Below are positions 53,101 through 64,000 of a DNA stretch of 64,000 bases, piece after piece. The notes below the pieces were generated by a model. That model searched no databases and was not told where the DNA came from. It saw only the letters and a list, made by a program, of their open reading frames with translations. The stretch's first letter is position 1. Each line of letters opens with the position of its first letter. The translations under genes and the position numbers were made by a program. Source of the stretch: Neoechinorhynchus agilis (Eukaryota; Animalia; Acanthocephala); assembly GCA_051530055.1 (NCBI GenBank), contig CM121341.1, forward strand, positions 8,596,784 to 8,660,783. Direction: 5' to 3'.

Positions 53101-53545
53101 GGCCACCAATCGAGCAAAAACCATCCTAATCCCAATTATAAACACTTGTGGAGCAAGAGCAAAACTTAAAGCTAATATATTGTCCGATCCGTCACTGAGT
53201 GCCAAATTCTAACGCATTCAAGTATTCTAGGGATTTTGTTTCCTCATTCTAACAAGCGAGTTATAGCCAGGGCTTCACTTGGCACATTCAATAGGAAGAT
53301 AAAAGCTCTAACCAAACGGACTACCCTCCCGAAATGACAATTAAGAAACGAATATGGGTGTCCAGAGATGAAGAATTAAATATTGATTGGTGTTTTGACC
53401 TTTTTTTATGGTACCATTTTCGATTTTTTCGCACTACAAAATTAAATCCCAATAATAATTTTATACTAAACCAATGGAAAGGTGTCACCAACACGGTTCT
53501 AAAGCGACGATCGCACTTCCAACCAAGTACTTTTTTGCAATAAAA
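50200..53545 (+). mobile_element. Highly degenerate two-ORF LINE (gag-like ORF1, APE + RT ORF2; I/Jockey/R1-type organisation)
   Basis: QCNKCCRWGYVAFSC (CX2CX4[H>Y]X4C) at about 50340. TFHRLGRKNDSYIDGVIF (APE end). VIIPKPSK..., HGFVPGRG, LDIKKAFD and WADDLFV (RT). Confidence 0.72.
51267..51500 (-). mobile_element. CRE 3' fragment including the natural 3' end, nested in the LINE
   Basis: Reverse complement of 56010-56270, including the terminal GATTTTGCGGACGGTGGTGATTGCACGTTTTG. Confidence 0.82.
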
Positions 53546-53682
53546 CTCTGAAGAAGTTTAGAATTTAGGATGAAGTATTTGATCTTGACATTTTAGGACG
53601 CGGCAACATAAGCAGAAAAATTAGTTATATTATGCTCCGGCGGGTAATTCGTTCATTATACCGACCGATATGTGTGTGTGCT

Positions 53683-55790
53683 TTATCGTCTATACTTCCA
53701 TTTTCTGAAATGAAACCACAATTGGAATATTCCATTCTGAAACTGACATCTAAATCCGTGCTTGTGAGAGAAATCCCACTCCTTATTGACAACCTTAAAC
53801 GCTATATCCTCATAAGGCGGTCCCGCATGGAATCTGAGGACAGAAAAATCTCTGCAATCTTCACAGTGTTTAATCTCGTACACTGGAGTTTCTGACTTGT
53901 CGATAAGATCTGGATAGAAGATATTGAACTTGTACCCTTGAACGGTCTTTGGTGGAGGATTATCAGTGTCATAGTGTTTTTTGTTATATTGATTCCAATC
54001 GTATCCGGTATGAACTTTATTGAAGAAGCGAGGTTTTCGAGGTCGATATTTATCCGACCACAAATACCGAAATTCAACAGGTAGTTGTTCCACTAGCACA
54101 GTTGAAGACTCTTCTGCATGTGAAGCTTCATCTGAAACGGCACGACCCGTAATGCCTTCCTTTACACGACGTTCAAATGCATCCTCTGCGTCCAGTGAAA
54201 CGAAACCGGATCCCAACACTTGACTGCGATTCAACCGCAGTTTCTCCATATCTTCGCGTTCGTCCAAGACGTATAGGCCAATATCCACGTGCTCATGGTA
54301 CATTGGTTCATATTGCCCTTTATGATACATATCCATTGCCATATCGTCACTTAATTCGACTAATAAGTTATCCGATTCGACGCAATAACCTTTATGTTCG
54401 CTCCGAAGTCGTAAGCATTTGAGTTTAGATAGATTGTCATGTATGTCCTGTAGACGAGCCTTGGCCTTAAAAACCTCCACAATACCATGCAAGGACTCCC
54501 AATATCCAATATCAACGTTGGATTCGTTGGATTCTACTTTGGCTCTTACCGACGCCTCCATTTCGTGCAGTTGATCCTGCCCAATTTACGCCCGAAAAAA
54601 AGTGAAACAGACTTTGGAACTATACGCATATTAATCACCTCCTTTTTTAAAGTTATGTTCGTCGAAAAGTCGTTCGTATTTTGAATCTTTTTTTTGTATT
54701 TGGCAGACAGTCTCAAAACTAAAGGCCAAAATAATAATAAATTGAAGGTACCTACAACAATGCTTCAAATACTCGTCAAGAACAAGCATTTAGCTACTTG
54801 CGAAAATTAGACAGTTTTTTATGGAATGTCTTGCTCTTTAAAACTTTTAATATATCATCTGCCACCGCTTTATTGATTCCCGACCGTCTAATGGTATCAG
54901 TCAATTCGATTTGTGGGTACGACCTCGCATTAGGATCATCAGTGTCAAGAATGTTAGCCAGAAGATCTTTGGCAAGCACCTTTTCTGTACCAAATCTCAA
55001 TTTTGATTCAAGTATTGAGAATCGATATTTATACATCGTGCCAATAATCAGCATGAGACCCAGTTCGATCGAGTTCTCCATAAACATCGATATCTGCCAA
55101 TAAATCTTCCAAATCACGCATACTGAGGTCGTCCAAGTATAGAGCAGGATTATCCATTGTACCAATGCAGTCGTCTTCGAAGTCATCGCCAAAGAAATCA
55201 TTTTGAGACGTACTAAGTGCTGACGGAGCTGATTTACTTTCAAGAGGTCGATCTAAGTCGCCGAAATTACTTCGGTAAAGGAATCGGTCGTAGACGAAGA
55301 TATATCGAGCGAGTAAATCAATAGGTTTGGCTCGGTTATCTTGGATGCGAATTCTAGACCGAAGAGTAACTTGTTTTAAATGAAATTTGTCTTCATGTTG
55401 AGCCCACTCTTTGTAATATTCGGTCTCCTTTTGACGTTGCATAAACTCCCGCTCGCGCTCGCGTTCATCGCGGCTCCTTTCCCGTTCAATCCGACGACTC
55501 TTTAGTTTCTGCAGTTCATGACGTGCTTCGATAGCGTGGAAGTAGTCCGGCTCGTCCAATTTCTCCTTCTCCATTTTCTTGTGCCATACGAACTTTTGAG
55601 ACAATTTCGGATCGCCATACGGGTTGTCTTGGTCCGTGTAACCCAAATGTTCTACAGCCCACTTCATAGCTTCCTTCTTTGAGCTCTCGTCGTCGTCATT
55701 CAAAGTATCTCGGTCTTCAGTTTGCCGACCACCCTGTCCCCGTTGCCCATCATTTGAATCCTTACGAATCGAATGCTTCCTCGAACTCAT
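53683..55790 (-). CDS. CACTIN: Cactin (spliceosome C/C* complex factor), 3 exons
   Basis: GYTDQDNPYGDPKLSQKFVWHKK, FHLKQVTLRSRIRIQDNRAKPIDLLARYI, DIGYWESL, YLWSDKYRPRKPRFFNKVHTGYDWNQYNKKHYDTDNPPPKTVQGYKFNIFYPDLIDK...QLWFHFRKWKYRR. Intron 1 at 54980-55034 is GT-AG. Intron 2 at about 54577-54823 lacks an in-frame GT donor. Confidence 0.95.
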
Positions 55791-55889
55791 CTTCGCAGTC
55801 CGAATCGTTGCCCCACCAAGCGTACGTCACTGTTTCTTTCCGATCGTATGACGTCATACACAAATTCTACAAAACAAATAAAGATTCAA

Positions 55890-56270
55890 TGACGGAATTT
55901 CGATCTTTCCGTGGCGCGAGAGCAAATGCTTTCTCTGGGACGCAACGTCTGTGGACACCCTCGCAGTAAGCAACATTCCCTATTCTCGCGAAATCGCTCG
56001 AGGTGAGCGGAAGGGAGGAAGGTACGGAAATATCTTCACTTATCGAGGGCTCACTATTTTATCCTCTTCGGAGTAGTGGAGCGCTTGGCAGCTCGGCACT
56101 CTGCTCCAGGATCTCTTGAAGAAATTGAGAGACCGGCGACGCACGAGCAGGTGTATTCCTGCGACAAAATATCTCGCTAGCAGTACAACGAGGCAATGCT
56201 GCTAGCGACAGCCGAGAAAGGAGAGAAGCTAAGATTTTGCGGACGGTGGTGATTGCACGTTTTGTACTTT
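55890..56270 (+). mobile_element. CRE 3' fragment (endonuclease to 3' end)
   Basis: DGISIFPWRESKCFLWDATSVDTLAVSN, then a frameshifted segment matching the GDSRAGVFLRQ..AVQRG motif of the 24.3-kb copy, and the terminal UTR shared with 51267 and 62233. Confidence 0.85.
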
Positions 56271-56451
56271 TGTGTGTTATGATTATGCAAAAAAGGAGTT
56301 TAAAAACCTTAACGGCAACGAAAAAATGTAGGGATTACTTAAACAAGCTCTCATTTGAAGGTAACATAATGATTGGCAATAAAAATACTTAAGATATTTC
56401 TTGTAAAGATGTTCATCATTTACTTTTTTATTGCGAATTATAATAATTGAT

Positions 56452-56490
56452 TTGACAATTTTCGGCCTTCGCGTAGGCCTTCTTCAGTCT
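56452..56490 (-). ncRNA. Minimal hammerhead-like motif
   Basis: AGA-CTGAAGAA-GGCCT-ACGCGA-AGGCC-GAAA-ATT-G-TC. The cleavage-site base is G (likely inactive). Confidence 0.4.
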
Positions 56491-57520
56491 ATTGTTTTCG
56501 AAGAAAAATTCGACGTCGGAATTCTTAATAAAATTGATCTCTATTTTCTCAATCACTAAACGAAACGTATCCACAAAAACAACTTGTTTAGAGCAATAAA
56601 GTACGAACGGATTGTGTTCTAAACGGTGACAAGGATGCTACTCAGAAGGACGCATGGTTTTTTGGCGCATGGATGCTTTTTAAAGCGTTCAATCGAAAGC
56701 ATTACGTTTTCATCAATCTTTATACAAATTCGAGATTTTTGAAAGGCTTTAAAAATCAAGATAAATTTGGTCTTACTTTACAATCGAGAACATCGATCTG
56801 AGTATAAGACTCCAACACAAATGTGGTCCATTTAAAAAAATTCGAATTTGATGAAAATACGAACTAAAATTTCAAAAATAATCTTTTATTGAAGATACGA
56901 CTTTACAAAGTGAGATGATTAAAAAAATTGAATTGCTCAGTTTTGATCGATATCAATAACGTTTCTATTTACAGGATGAGACCGAAAAAGAACTTTCCGC
57001 CATCACTTTTTTTTCAACATGTAGAGTTTACAGAGTATTTTAAAAGCAAGAACATAAAGAACTCGAACAATGACCAAAACGATGTCATATGACGGAAATA
57101 AAATTTTTACATTTAAGTCTGGCTAGATGGTTACTTTTTCTGTGAAGTGCTGAAGTATCCCTTACACGGCTTATTATTTTCTTTGAGCACACAGCCCACT
57201 GGTCCTGGGAAGCGAATAAAATTACGTACAAGTCGGTGGATGAAATTGAAGGACATTTTATAAGACCGCAATGCATTCAAATTTGATTTTATAACTTAAT
57301 TGTTGCGAATGTTTCATTTTCCATCAAATGAGTTCTGGCTTTTTCCTTTGGGCACACAGAACCTGAACCGTACGATAATGAGTTTATACGAATCCCTCCT
57401 TTCATCCCCTTTGGTTATGAGTCATCGCCAATAATTGTTTATGACCCTTCGACCCTAAAACAGGGAACGAATGCTGTATGAATAAAGCGACCGTTTTCTG
57501 ACCTACGAGCATTATTGCTA

Positions 57521-58430
57521 TTGGCTGAATATGGTCGTATTTACAATCTTAGTATTTATTTGACTCGACGAGTATTCAGTATTTTTAAAACTCTAATTAT
57601 TCCGCTTTCTTTATTTAAATTGACCAATTTATTTCCGATACTTCACGTGCAAAAATGTCGATATGCGAGGAGGTACCGGTGATTGTGATTGGAATTATTG
57701 TTTAGAAGTCTTCATTCGCGGTAAATGATTTCTGTTCGATTAAAGACGTTCTGCGAATCTCGTCGGGTTTATCATATCAGTTTGGGCTGAATATGGTCAT
57801 ATTTACAATCTTAGTATTTATTTGACTCGACGAGTATTCAGTATTTTTAAAACTCTAATTATTCCGCTTTCTTTATTTAAATTGACCAACCAAAATATAT
57901 CGCGTACGGTGAAGGGCGTAAATAAATAATGAGCTTATATAAGTATTCCCTTTGCACCAAACTCAGCAATATCTTACGGTGAATTCCTGAGTGTTGTAGA
58001 TAATGATTTGACGCCATCTCTTGTCATTTGCTCGATAAGACGGATAGAGGAGTTCTGCCCCGAAATAGTGGCATTTGTCTACATGTCCTGCCGGCTTAGA
58101 TTTCTTTTAAATTCATCCTATCATAACCATAAACTCGGAAATTTAAAATTTACCTGAACTACAGCTCCTTGAGTGATTCATATGCCTGAATCATCTTTGA
58201 AGCGAAGATTGTGCATAACGTCGATATATGAGGCACCGAGGAATGTGATTGGAATTATTGTTTAGAAGTCTACATCCGCAGTAAATGATTTCTGTTCGAT
58301 TAAAGACGTTCTGCGAACCTCGTCGGATTTATCATATCAGTTTGTTTGTTGGTAATAGACGCTTTTGACATCTTTAATCGAAATAATCATTTACCGCGGG
58401 GGTAGACTTCTGAACAATAATTCCAAACGT
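57521..58430. repeat. Mosaic of direct and inverted duplications
   Basis: About 107-bp direct repeat at 57521-57627 and 57783-57889. About 125-bp repeat at 57657-57783 and 58221-58345, with an inverted partial copy at about 58365-58428. Confidence 0.8.
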
Positions 58431-59654
58431 CATAGCGTTATCCTGTGGACTAAATAGGCTCGAGCAACCGCCATAAATCCTGATGAAAGGTACCACTATT
58501 TTTTAAATGGCGATTTCAAGCAGATGCTGGCTTTATTTCAGTCCATCGGCTGAATTAAATAACCAATTTCGTTAACGTGGTTGTACGCTTATCACATTAT
58601 CGTTATTAAAATCAATTTGATGTCCACAATTCTCCATATGATTGGCTAATATCAGAAATAAATTAGTCAATTTAAATCAGGGTTTGTATTATAATCCAGG
58701 ACATAATAAAAGATGTTTAAAAGATCGCATTGCAGCGTGCAAACTCCAAAATATATTAAACTTGATAATGCGCTTGGTTCCTTGGTGTTAAGCAAGGTTT
58801 AAAATTTAGAAACCAAATAAAACTCTCGTCTTTTTTTAATCAATGTGGTATAAATTCGCTCCAAGGCGAGTTTCGATGAATGCGGTTCATGCAAGGTTTA
58901 AGCGTTCTCAATAATTTCAAACCGACGTGCTTCAAAATTGTTTAGGAGAAATTCAGTGAGATGCTTTTAGCCAGAACGAGCTTACAGAAAACAATTAAAA
59001 GGGAACAATTTTCGTTTGTCCATTGATGAGTGGTTGTCGAATTATTAGGAAATTTGATTCTTTTTGAAAGCTCCGCAACATGAAAATTTATTTAATTTTT
59101 AAACTTATCAATACAGAGAATGTATATACCCAGAACTCTCGCTTATATTTACTACGAATCACTTTGAAACGCTAGCTTTGTATGAAAGATGACATTGATG
59201 TATTAAGTCAAGATTTCTTTTTTCCCCATACGACTACTGGCCATTTTCCTTTTAACAGAAATTCCATTAATGGAACGTGGGTGTAACCCTTTAATTTGTC
59301 AGATCAACAAAAAAAGATTTGTATTCAGAATATTGATGATTGTGACAAATTTTTAATTCGAATTATCCGTACCGGTGATCAAAGGATCTGTCCTTTGTAT
59401 GTGTGCGAATAGGGTTTACAGATCAACAAGTTGCAGTTACTAACGTAATAGTAACATTGAGATTTTATTTAAGGATTTCAAAATGAGCTAATCTCTTATA
59501 CCGTCAGCTTATTTTTTTAAAATCCAAGTCTTTTTCGAACAAATGCGAATAAATCTGAGACTGATACTCAATGAGTAACTTGATATCATGAATTCGGTGT
59601 GCCATCAACAAACTGAACGACAAACCTATGGCGTCAACGTAGTTCAGCTGCCGC

Positions 59655-60161
59655 ATGCCTTATTTGACAACGATGGAATCACAGAGAGGTCTAAAGATTA
59701 TCCGATGGCTGAATGCGCTGTTCCGAGTCTATGAAATACTGTTTTGTATAATGAGAAATACCTTGACAATTGCCTACTTCACTAAAATGATGAGAAATGA
59801 ATTCTTAGCTAATTTAAATATAAGCTTAATAAGAAACGCAACGACACAATTTTCTCGATTAATTTATCTTTCTTTTATTCCATTCATCTTATTCTGCACC
59901 GTCTCTTTCTGTGAACTCTTGATGAGAACGTACTTAGCCTTCAAAAACCGATTTAACGTTGGATGGGAAAAGAAGTTCCTTTTGTCTGAAATCGCAATCT
60001 TCGGATGTTCGCTATTTCTGGACGCTCAATACGAACGCACGATTCAGCAAAGGCCTGAAGCTAATCTCGTTCTTCATATTGGAATGTTCCTGATAGCCTT
60101 AAATTTGTGCGCGGACTTCTTTATTAAATATTCCTTCGATCGATGTAGGGAAAAATTCTAA
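59655..60161 (+). CDS. Possible hydrophobic (multi-TM) protein exon, unidentified
   Basis: 168-codon open frame in very AT-rich DNA with 2-3 hydrophobic stretches. No motif recognised. Confidence 0.35.
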   Translation: MPYLTTMESQRGLKIIRWLNALFRVYEILFCIMRNTLTIAYFTKMMRNEFLANLNISLIRNATTQFSRLIYLSFIPFILFCTVSFCELLMRTYLAFKNRFNVGWEKKFLLSEIAIFGCSLFLDAQYERTIQQRPEANLVLHIGMFLIALNLCADFFIKYSFDRCREKF

Positions 60162-61716
60162 GGTATGGACGTGAAACTGACGGGAAAATGACGTTATTAC
60201 GTTCATGCCATGTTTAGGAATTGGACTCGAAGTGAGTGATTTCCCTTGCCAACAAGAACGAGAATTATCAACTGTATTGTGAGAAGACAAAAATTACTTC
60301 AACGTGTCTGATTTTTTTATTTAAAATAATAAATTTAATGGGCGATGAACTAGTGAATTACCTAGCAAAAACTTTTTGCGGCTACAAAGTCTTGATTCTA
60401 ATGGGAAAATCTAAACAAATAAGGCGTCTCGTATTCTAATTTGTCGAAAATGATACTCGTGGGGAAGAAACATTTCATGTCATTAAGTAAAAATTGCCAT
60501 TTGGTCTATTCACAAACATAATCGATGCGAGTTGCAAAATGTATTGCACATGCAATAATCGACATTTCCACTTTTAGCCCAATAGTTTTCGTATATTTAT
60601 TAACTCGTCGTTAAGGGCACTATTCTTATTCGCTAAAGATACATTGCAATTTGATGTAGCGTGTAAATAGTACGATAACTTATCTTTATAGTCTGTTTGT
60701 TAATTTTAGGATCAATAGTTAACTCTTGTTCTTAAATTTGCAATTAATAGAAGATTTGATCGAATTTTAACATTACTTTGCAGAAATTTTGTTGAAAGCA
60801 TTTAATCAAACGATATTCAATTTTCTAAGATGCATTTTATACTTTGCACGAAATTTCATTATTATTTTCAGCGTGCGAGACAAGCTAAATTCAAATAATG
60901 GATAATGTATTTGATGTAAAGGATAAAAAATTAAAGTTTTTACTTCCTTAAGTATCAATTTTCTTAAAAAAAGTCACGGTCTATATTCGCACTTTCGCCG
61001 AAAATAAATAATCTATTGACTTGAAAATTAAGAAAGTATTAAACAGTTGACTGAGAATTTCGGCGAGACGAAAGTACGTAAAATTAGAGCACATCAGTCC
61101 TTAAATTTAATTGAAATTTTCGATAGCAATTGATTTTTTCAAAAGCAAAATTTGTAGTTTGTATTTTGGAAGAATTTTTGCGTGAGCATTTCAGTTGAAT
61201 TTATAAATTTGAAGACATTCAAATTGCTTTTGAGTCTTAAAAATTAGCCCAAATTTAGCGTTTCGAAAAATAGAACTCATATTATTTTTGCGTTTTTATT
61301 TGGATCATTTTTAGATAATGCACCGATTGAATAAAATACACAAAAGGATATGTTCAATGGTAAGATCTAAAACCTAAAGAAAGATGTACAACAGCTGCAA
61401 TCCGTTAACGCGAAGAAAAATGCAGTAGTAGCGATAAGTTTCTTTTTTAATACCGCATGAATCATTATTTTTATTTGCACCGAAAAATACCTTAGAAAAG
61501 TTAAGTAATTTTGTAACCTTCAAAAACGAAGACTTGCCAAGTGCATTCTCGCTGTCAAGCTAAATATATAATATAGACAAGAGAAATAGATTTATGTCTC
61601 ATCAGTAAGACAGTGAAAGACAATTGTCAAGACGCGTGGTATAAAGCAGTGATATGTTCAAGGTAGTATTCAAGATGAGATCTGTAGAGATGTTTACAGG
61701 ATGGAAATTTTAAAAT

Positions 61717-61885
61717 TTGATAAAATATGGTGAAGAAAATAAAAACTAAGAAATTCGATTTTATTGTGAATTTTCGGCCTTAGCGTAGGCCTTCTTCAGA
61801 CTATTGTTTCGCAAGTGACTAAGGCCGAAAATTCACAATAAAATCGAATTTCTTAGTTCTTATTTTCTTCACCATATTTTATCAA
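61717..61885. repeat. Fold-back inverted repeat (67-bp arms, 1 mismatch, 35-nt spacer) overlapping a hammerhead-like motif
   Basis: Arms at 61717-61783 and 61819-61885. Minus strand 61763-61805 reads ATAGT-CTGAAGAA-GGCC-TACGCTAA-GGCC-GAAA-ATT-C-ACAAT. Confidence 0.9.
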
Positions 61886-62232
61886 CAATGTTAAATATAT
61901 ATTCGAATTTTAAAATTGCAAGAATGACCCCAGAAATAATTTAATGTAAGCTTATTTGTCGAGGAAAAATCTATATACAATAAAATTTAATGAGTGCCGA
62001 TTTTCTAAAACAAGATTTCAATTTTCCTCGAATAAATTCCAAACGCGACCTTATATAATTAATTTTAGGCTAAAAAATTGAGCAAAAAGGTTTTCAAAGA
62101 AAATCAACGAATGTATTCTAACACACTAATTTTAAATGTCGATTTTTTTTATTGTTTTAAGGCAAAATCTAGTCTCAGAGTTGACAGGGCAGATATTGTA
62201 TTTGAATATCTTTTAACAAATTTCCATTTGTT

Positions 62233-62283
62233 AAAGTACAAAACGTGCAATCATCACCGTCCGCAAAATTGGAGCTTCTTTCC
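62233..62283 (-). mobile_element. Extreme 3' terminus of the CRE family (about 50 bp)
   Basis: AAAGTACAAAACGTGCAATCATCACCGTCCGCAAAAT matches 51275-51305 and the reverse complement of 56235-56270. Confidence 0.7.
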
Positions 62284-62973
62284 TTTTATTTTAACATCAC
62301 ATCGTGAGTATTTACAAGGGAACCAATCAGTGTGCAAATGAAATTTAGAACTAACAAGTAATTTAATAACGTTAAATGGTTTTGTCAATCCCCTAAAAGT
62401 AACAAGGAAAATCGATTGAAAACATAGTCAAGCACTCATTCAAAATTTTATTATCTAAGATTCATGCGCTGCTAAAAGTAAATTTAAAAAGTTTTCGCTA
62501 ACTGATTTTTGTTCATGTTGCAATAAAAAAAGTTTAAAAAACAAAGTACTTTCCCACTCGATTCATAGCTGATTTCCTTTAAATTTTAAAAGAATCCACG
62601 AGGGCATTCAAGTGCAAATACGTCATTAGCTTACTTTCGCCAAGTACCAGTGTCTCACTCAGTCAATTTATATCTCACGCTTCTAAATCGAACGGAAAGG
62701 GGAATACGTTACGAATTGAAATCATTTCAATCGTTCAAAGCTTAAGAAATTGCCTACAAACTAAAAGGGTGGGCCTTTTTAAAATGAGTCATTTTGTTAA
62801 TCTTTTTCTAAACGAAAAGCGTAATCTTTAAGCTAACGGATTTCTGAAAAGTAGTTTTGCTGTTTACTGGGGTTCAGTATTAGAAAATTTAAATGTAGTT
62901 CATTTTACCGTATCATTCATTGCGCATTTATATTTCATTAATTCATTGATATCGAACAACAACATACTCAATA

Positions 62974-63999
62974 TCAGTCCTTACAAACAATACAAACCAT
63001 ATCCCGCACAAGAGTAGTAATTTCCTGATTGATACGGCTGGGTTTGGACCGTTTCTTTAACTTTATAGAAAGTTTGTTCTTGGCAATTCCGTCGCTCGTC
63101 ATAAAGTATCTCCTTTGTCGAGCACTCTTAGACCGATTGTTTGCCTTACGGACTTCATTAACTACAGGCTTACTGATGGTCGCGACGCTAAGTTTCACGC
63201 CATCGTCCATTTTCGGCAAAATAGGACAGAACCGAGTACTTACGGGTAATCTCGGTTTGTTCGACTGCTCCGTTGGTACAAACGGTTCGGATTTAATGAT
63301 TGTATTTCTGGGAACAGCGTTTGGACGACTAGTGTCAACGGGATTGAAAATCATTGGGGAGAATCCATTGAAAGCGTTAAGAGGGTTTCCAATAAACGAA
63401 TTAGGATTTTCTCCTCGTGAGAGTCTCATTCGCGCCATATTTTGTTGGTTGAATTGATTTGAGTAGAAATGACTAAGTCGAGGATCCAAATGATTGAAAA
63501 TAGACGGATTTGTCTGGCCCAAGAAAATCGATTGCCTCTGTGCATCTGGCTGAATTGGAACAACTTGGCGAATTGGTTGCACGGTTGTGGTAGGAACAGC
63601 ATTGTTGGGAATTTGGGATTGCATTCGTAAAACGCCACTTCGTATTAGACTCAGAATTGTTTGATCGATTCCATTCTGGAATGTTTGTTGTACCTGAGCT
63701 ATATGCGGTGGTGTCTCCTGCTGTTCGGGTACATGGACATGCGGATGACTATTTTGAATTGGTGGATTCTCCATTCCATTTATTGAACTAGGTGCTTCTG
63801 CCGCCAATTCTTTAACAACAACGACTTCCGTCCGTTTGACTTTATCAATCCGTTTTGCCATTTTCTGAGACCTCTTCTTCCTTTGATCCTCTTTGGCCAA
63901 ATCGTACATTCTTTTGTCAAAATCAACAAATATTTCAAAGGGACTAGAAGACTGACTCTTACTTAGTTCGACAACTCGACCGACAGTCATTTCTTCAGG
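62974..63999 (-). CDS. Uncharacterised Q/P/N-rich protein, C-terminal part (5' truncated by window)
   Basis: Over 1-kb open frame that stays open to the window edge (PEEMTVGR...). Basic NLS-like tail. No domain recognised. Confidence 0.65.
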   Translation of the reverse strand, partial: PEEMTVGRVVELSKSQSSSPFEIFVDFDKRMYDLAKEDQRKKRSQKMAKRIDKVKRTEVVVVKELAAEAPSSINGMENPPIQNSHPHVHVPEQQETPPHIAQVQQTFQNGIDQTILSLIRSGVLRMQSQIPNNAVPTTTVQPIRQVVPIQPDAQRQSIFLGQTNPSIFNHLDPRLSHFYSNQFNQQNMARMRLSRGENPNSFIGNPLNAFNGFSPMIFNPVDTSRPNAVPRNTIIKSEPFVPTEQSNKPRLPVSTRFCPILPKMDDGVKLSVATISKPVVNEVRKANNRSKSARQRRYFMTSDGIAKNKLSIKLKKRSKPSRINQEITTLVRDMVCIVCKD

Positions 64000-64000
64000 A

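Overview
AT-rich, CpG-rich animal (metazoan) genomic DNA. The genes are compact and intron-poor, with mostly 37-60 nt GT-AG introns, and sit among many degraded retroelements and satellites. Nothing prokaryotic is present (no CRISPR, rRNA or tRNA seen). Recognisable genes: SLC22-type transporter (5' partial), ZNF541/TRERF1-like C2H2+ELM2+SANT factor, linker histone H1 with a 3' stem-loop, ELOVL6-like elongase, C18orf32/UPF0729, a divergent ING PHD protein, two intronless UBE2D copies, N-myristoyltransferase, Cactin, and two or three unidentified low-complexity proteins. Mobile DNA: six 3' fragments of a CRE-clade retrotransposon, RTE, L2/CR1-like and gag-bearing LINE remnants, an inverted Penelope pair enclosing a Gypsy fragment, and four tandem-repeat families (169/141, 176, about 109 and about 200 bp). 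Top lead: two conserved genes need removal of an inverted-repeat-bearing insert that has no in-frame GT-AG solution (45 nt AG..AC in ELOVL6, 247 nt in Cactin). These are candidate non-canonical, transposon-derived hairpin introns, although pseudogenisation or assembly error is not excluded. Second lead: a dispersed family of minimal hammerhead-like motifs, several at the centre of fold-back repeats. All alignments were done by eye and the organism is unknown.
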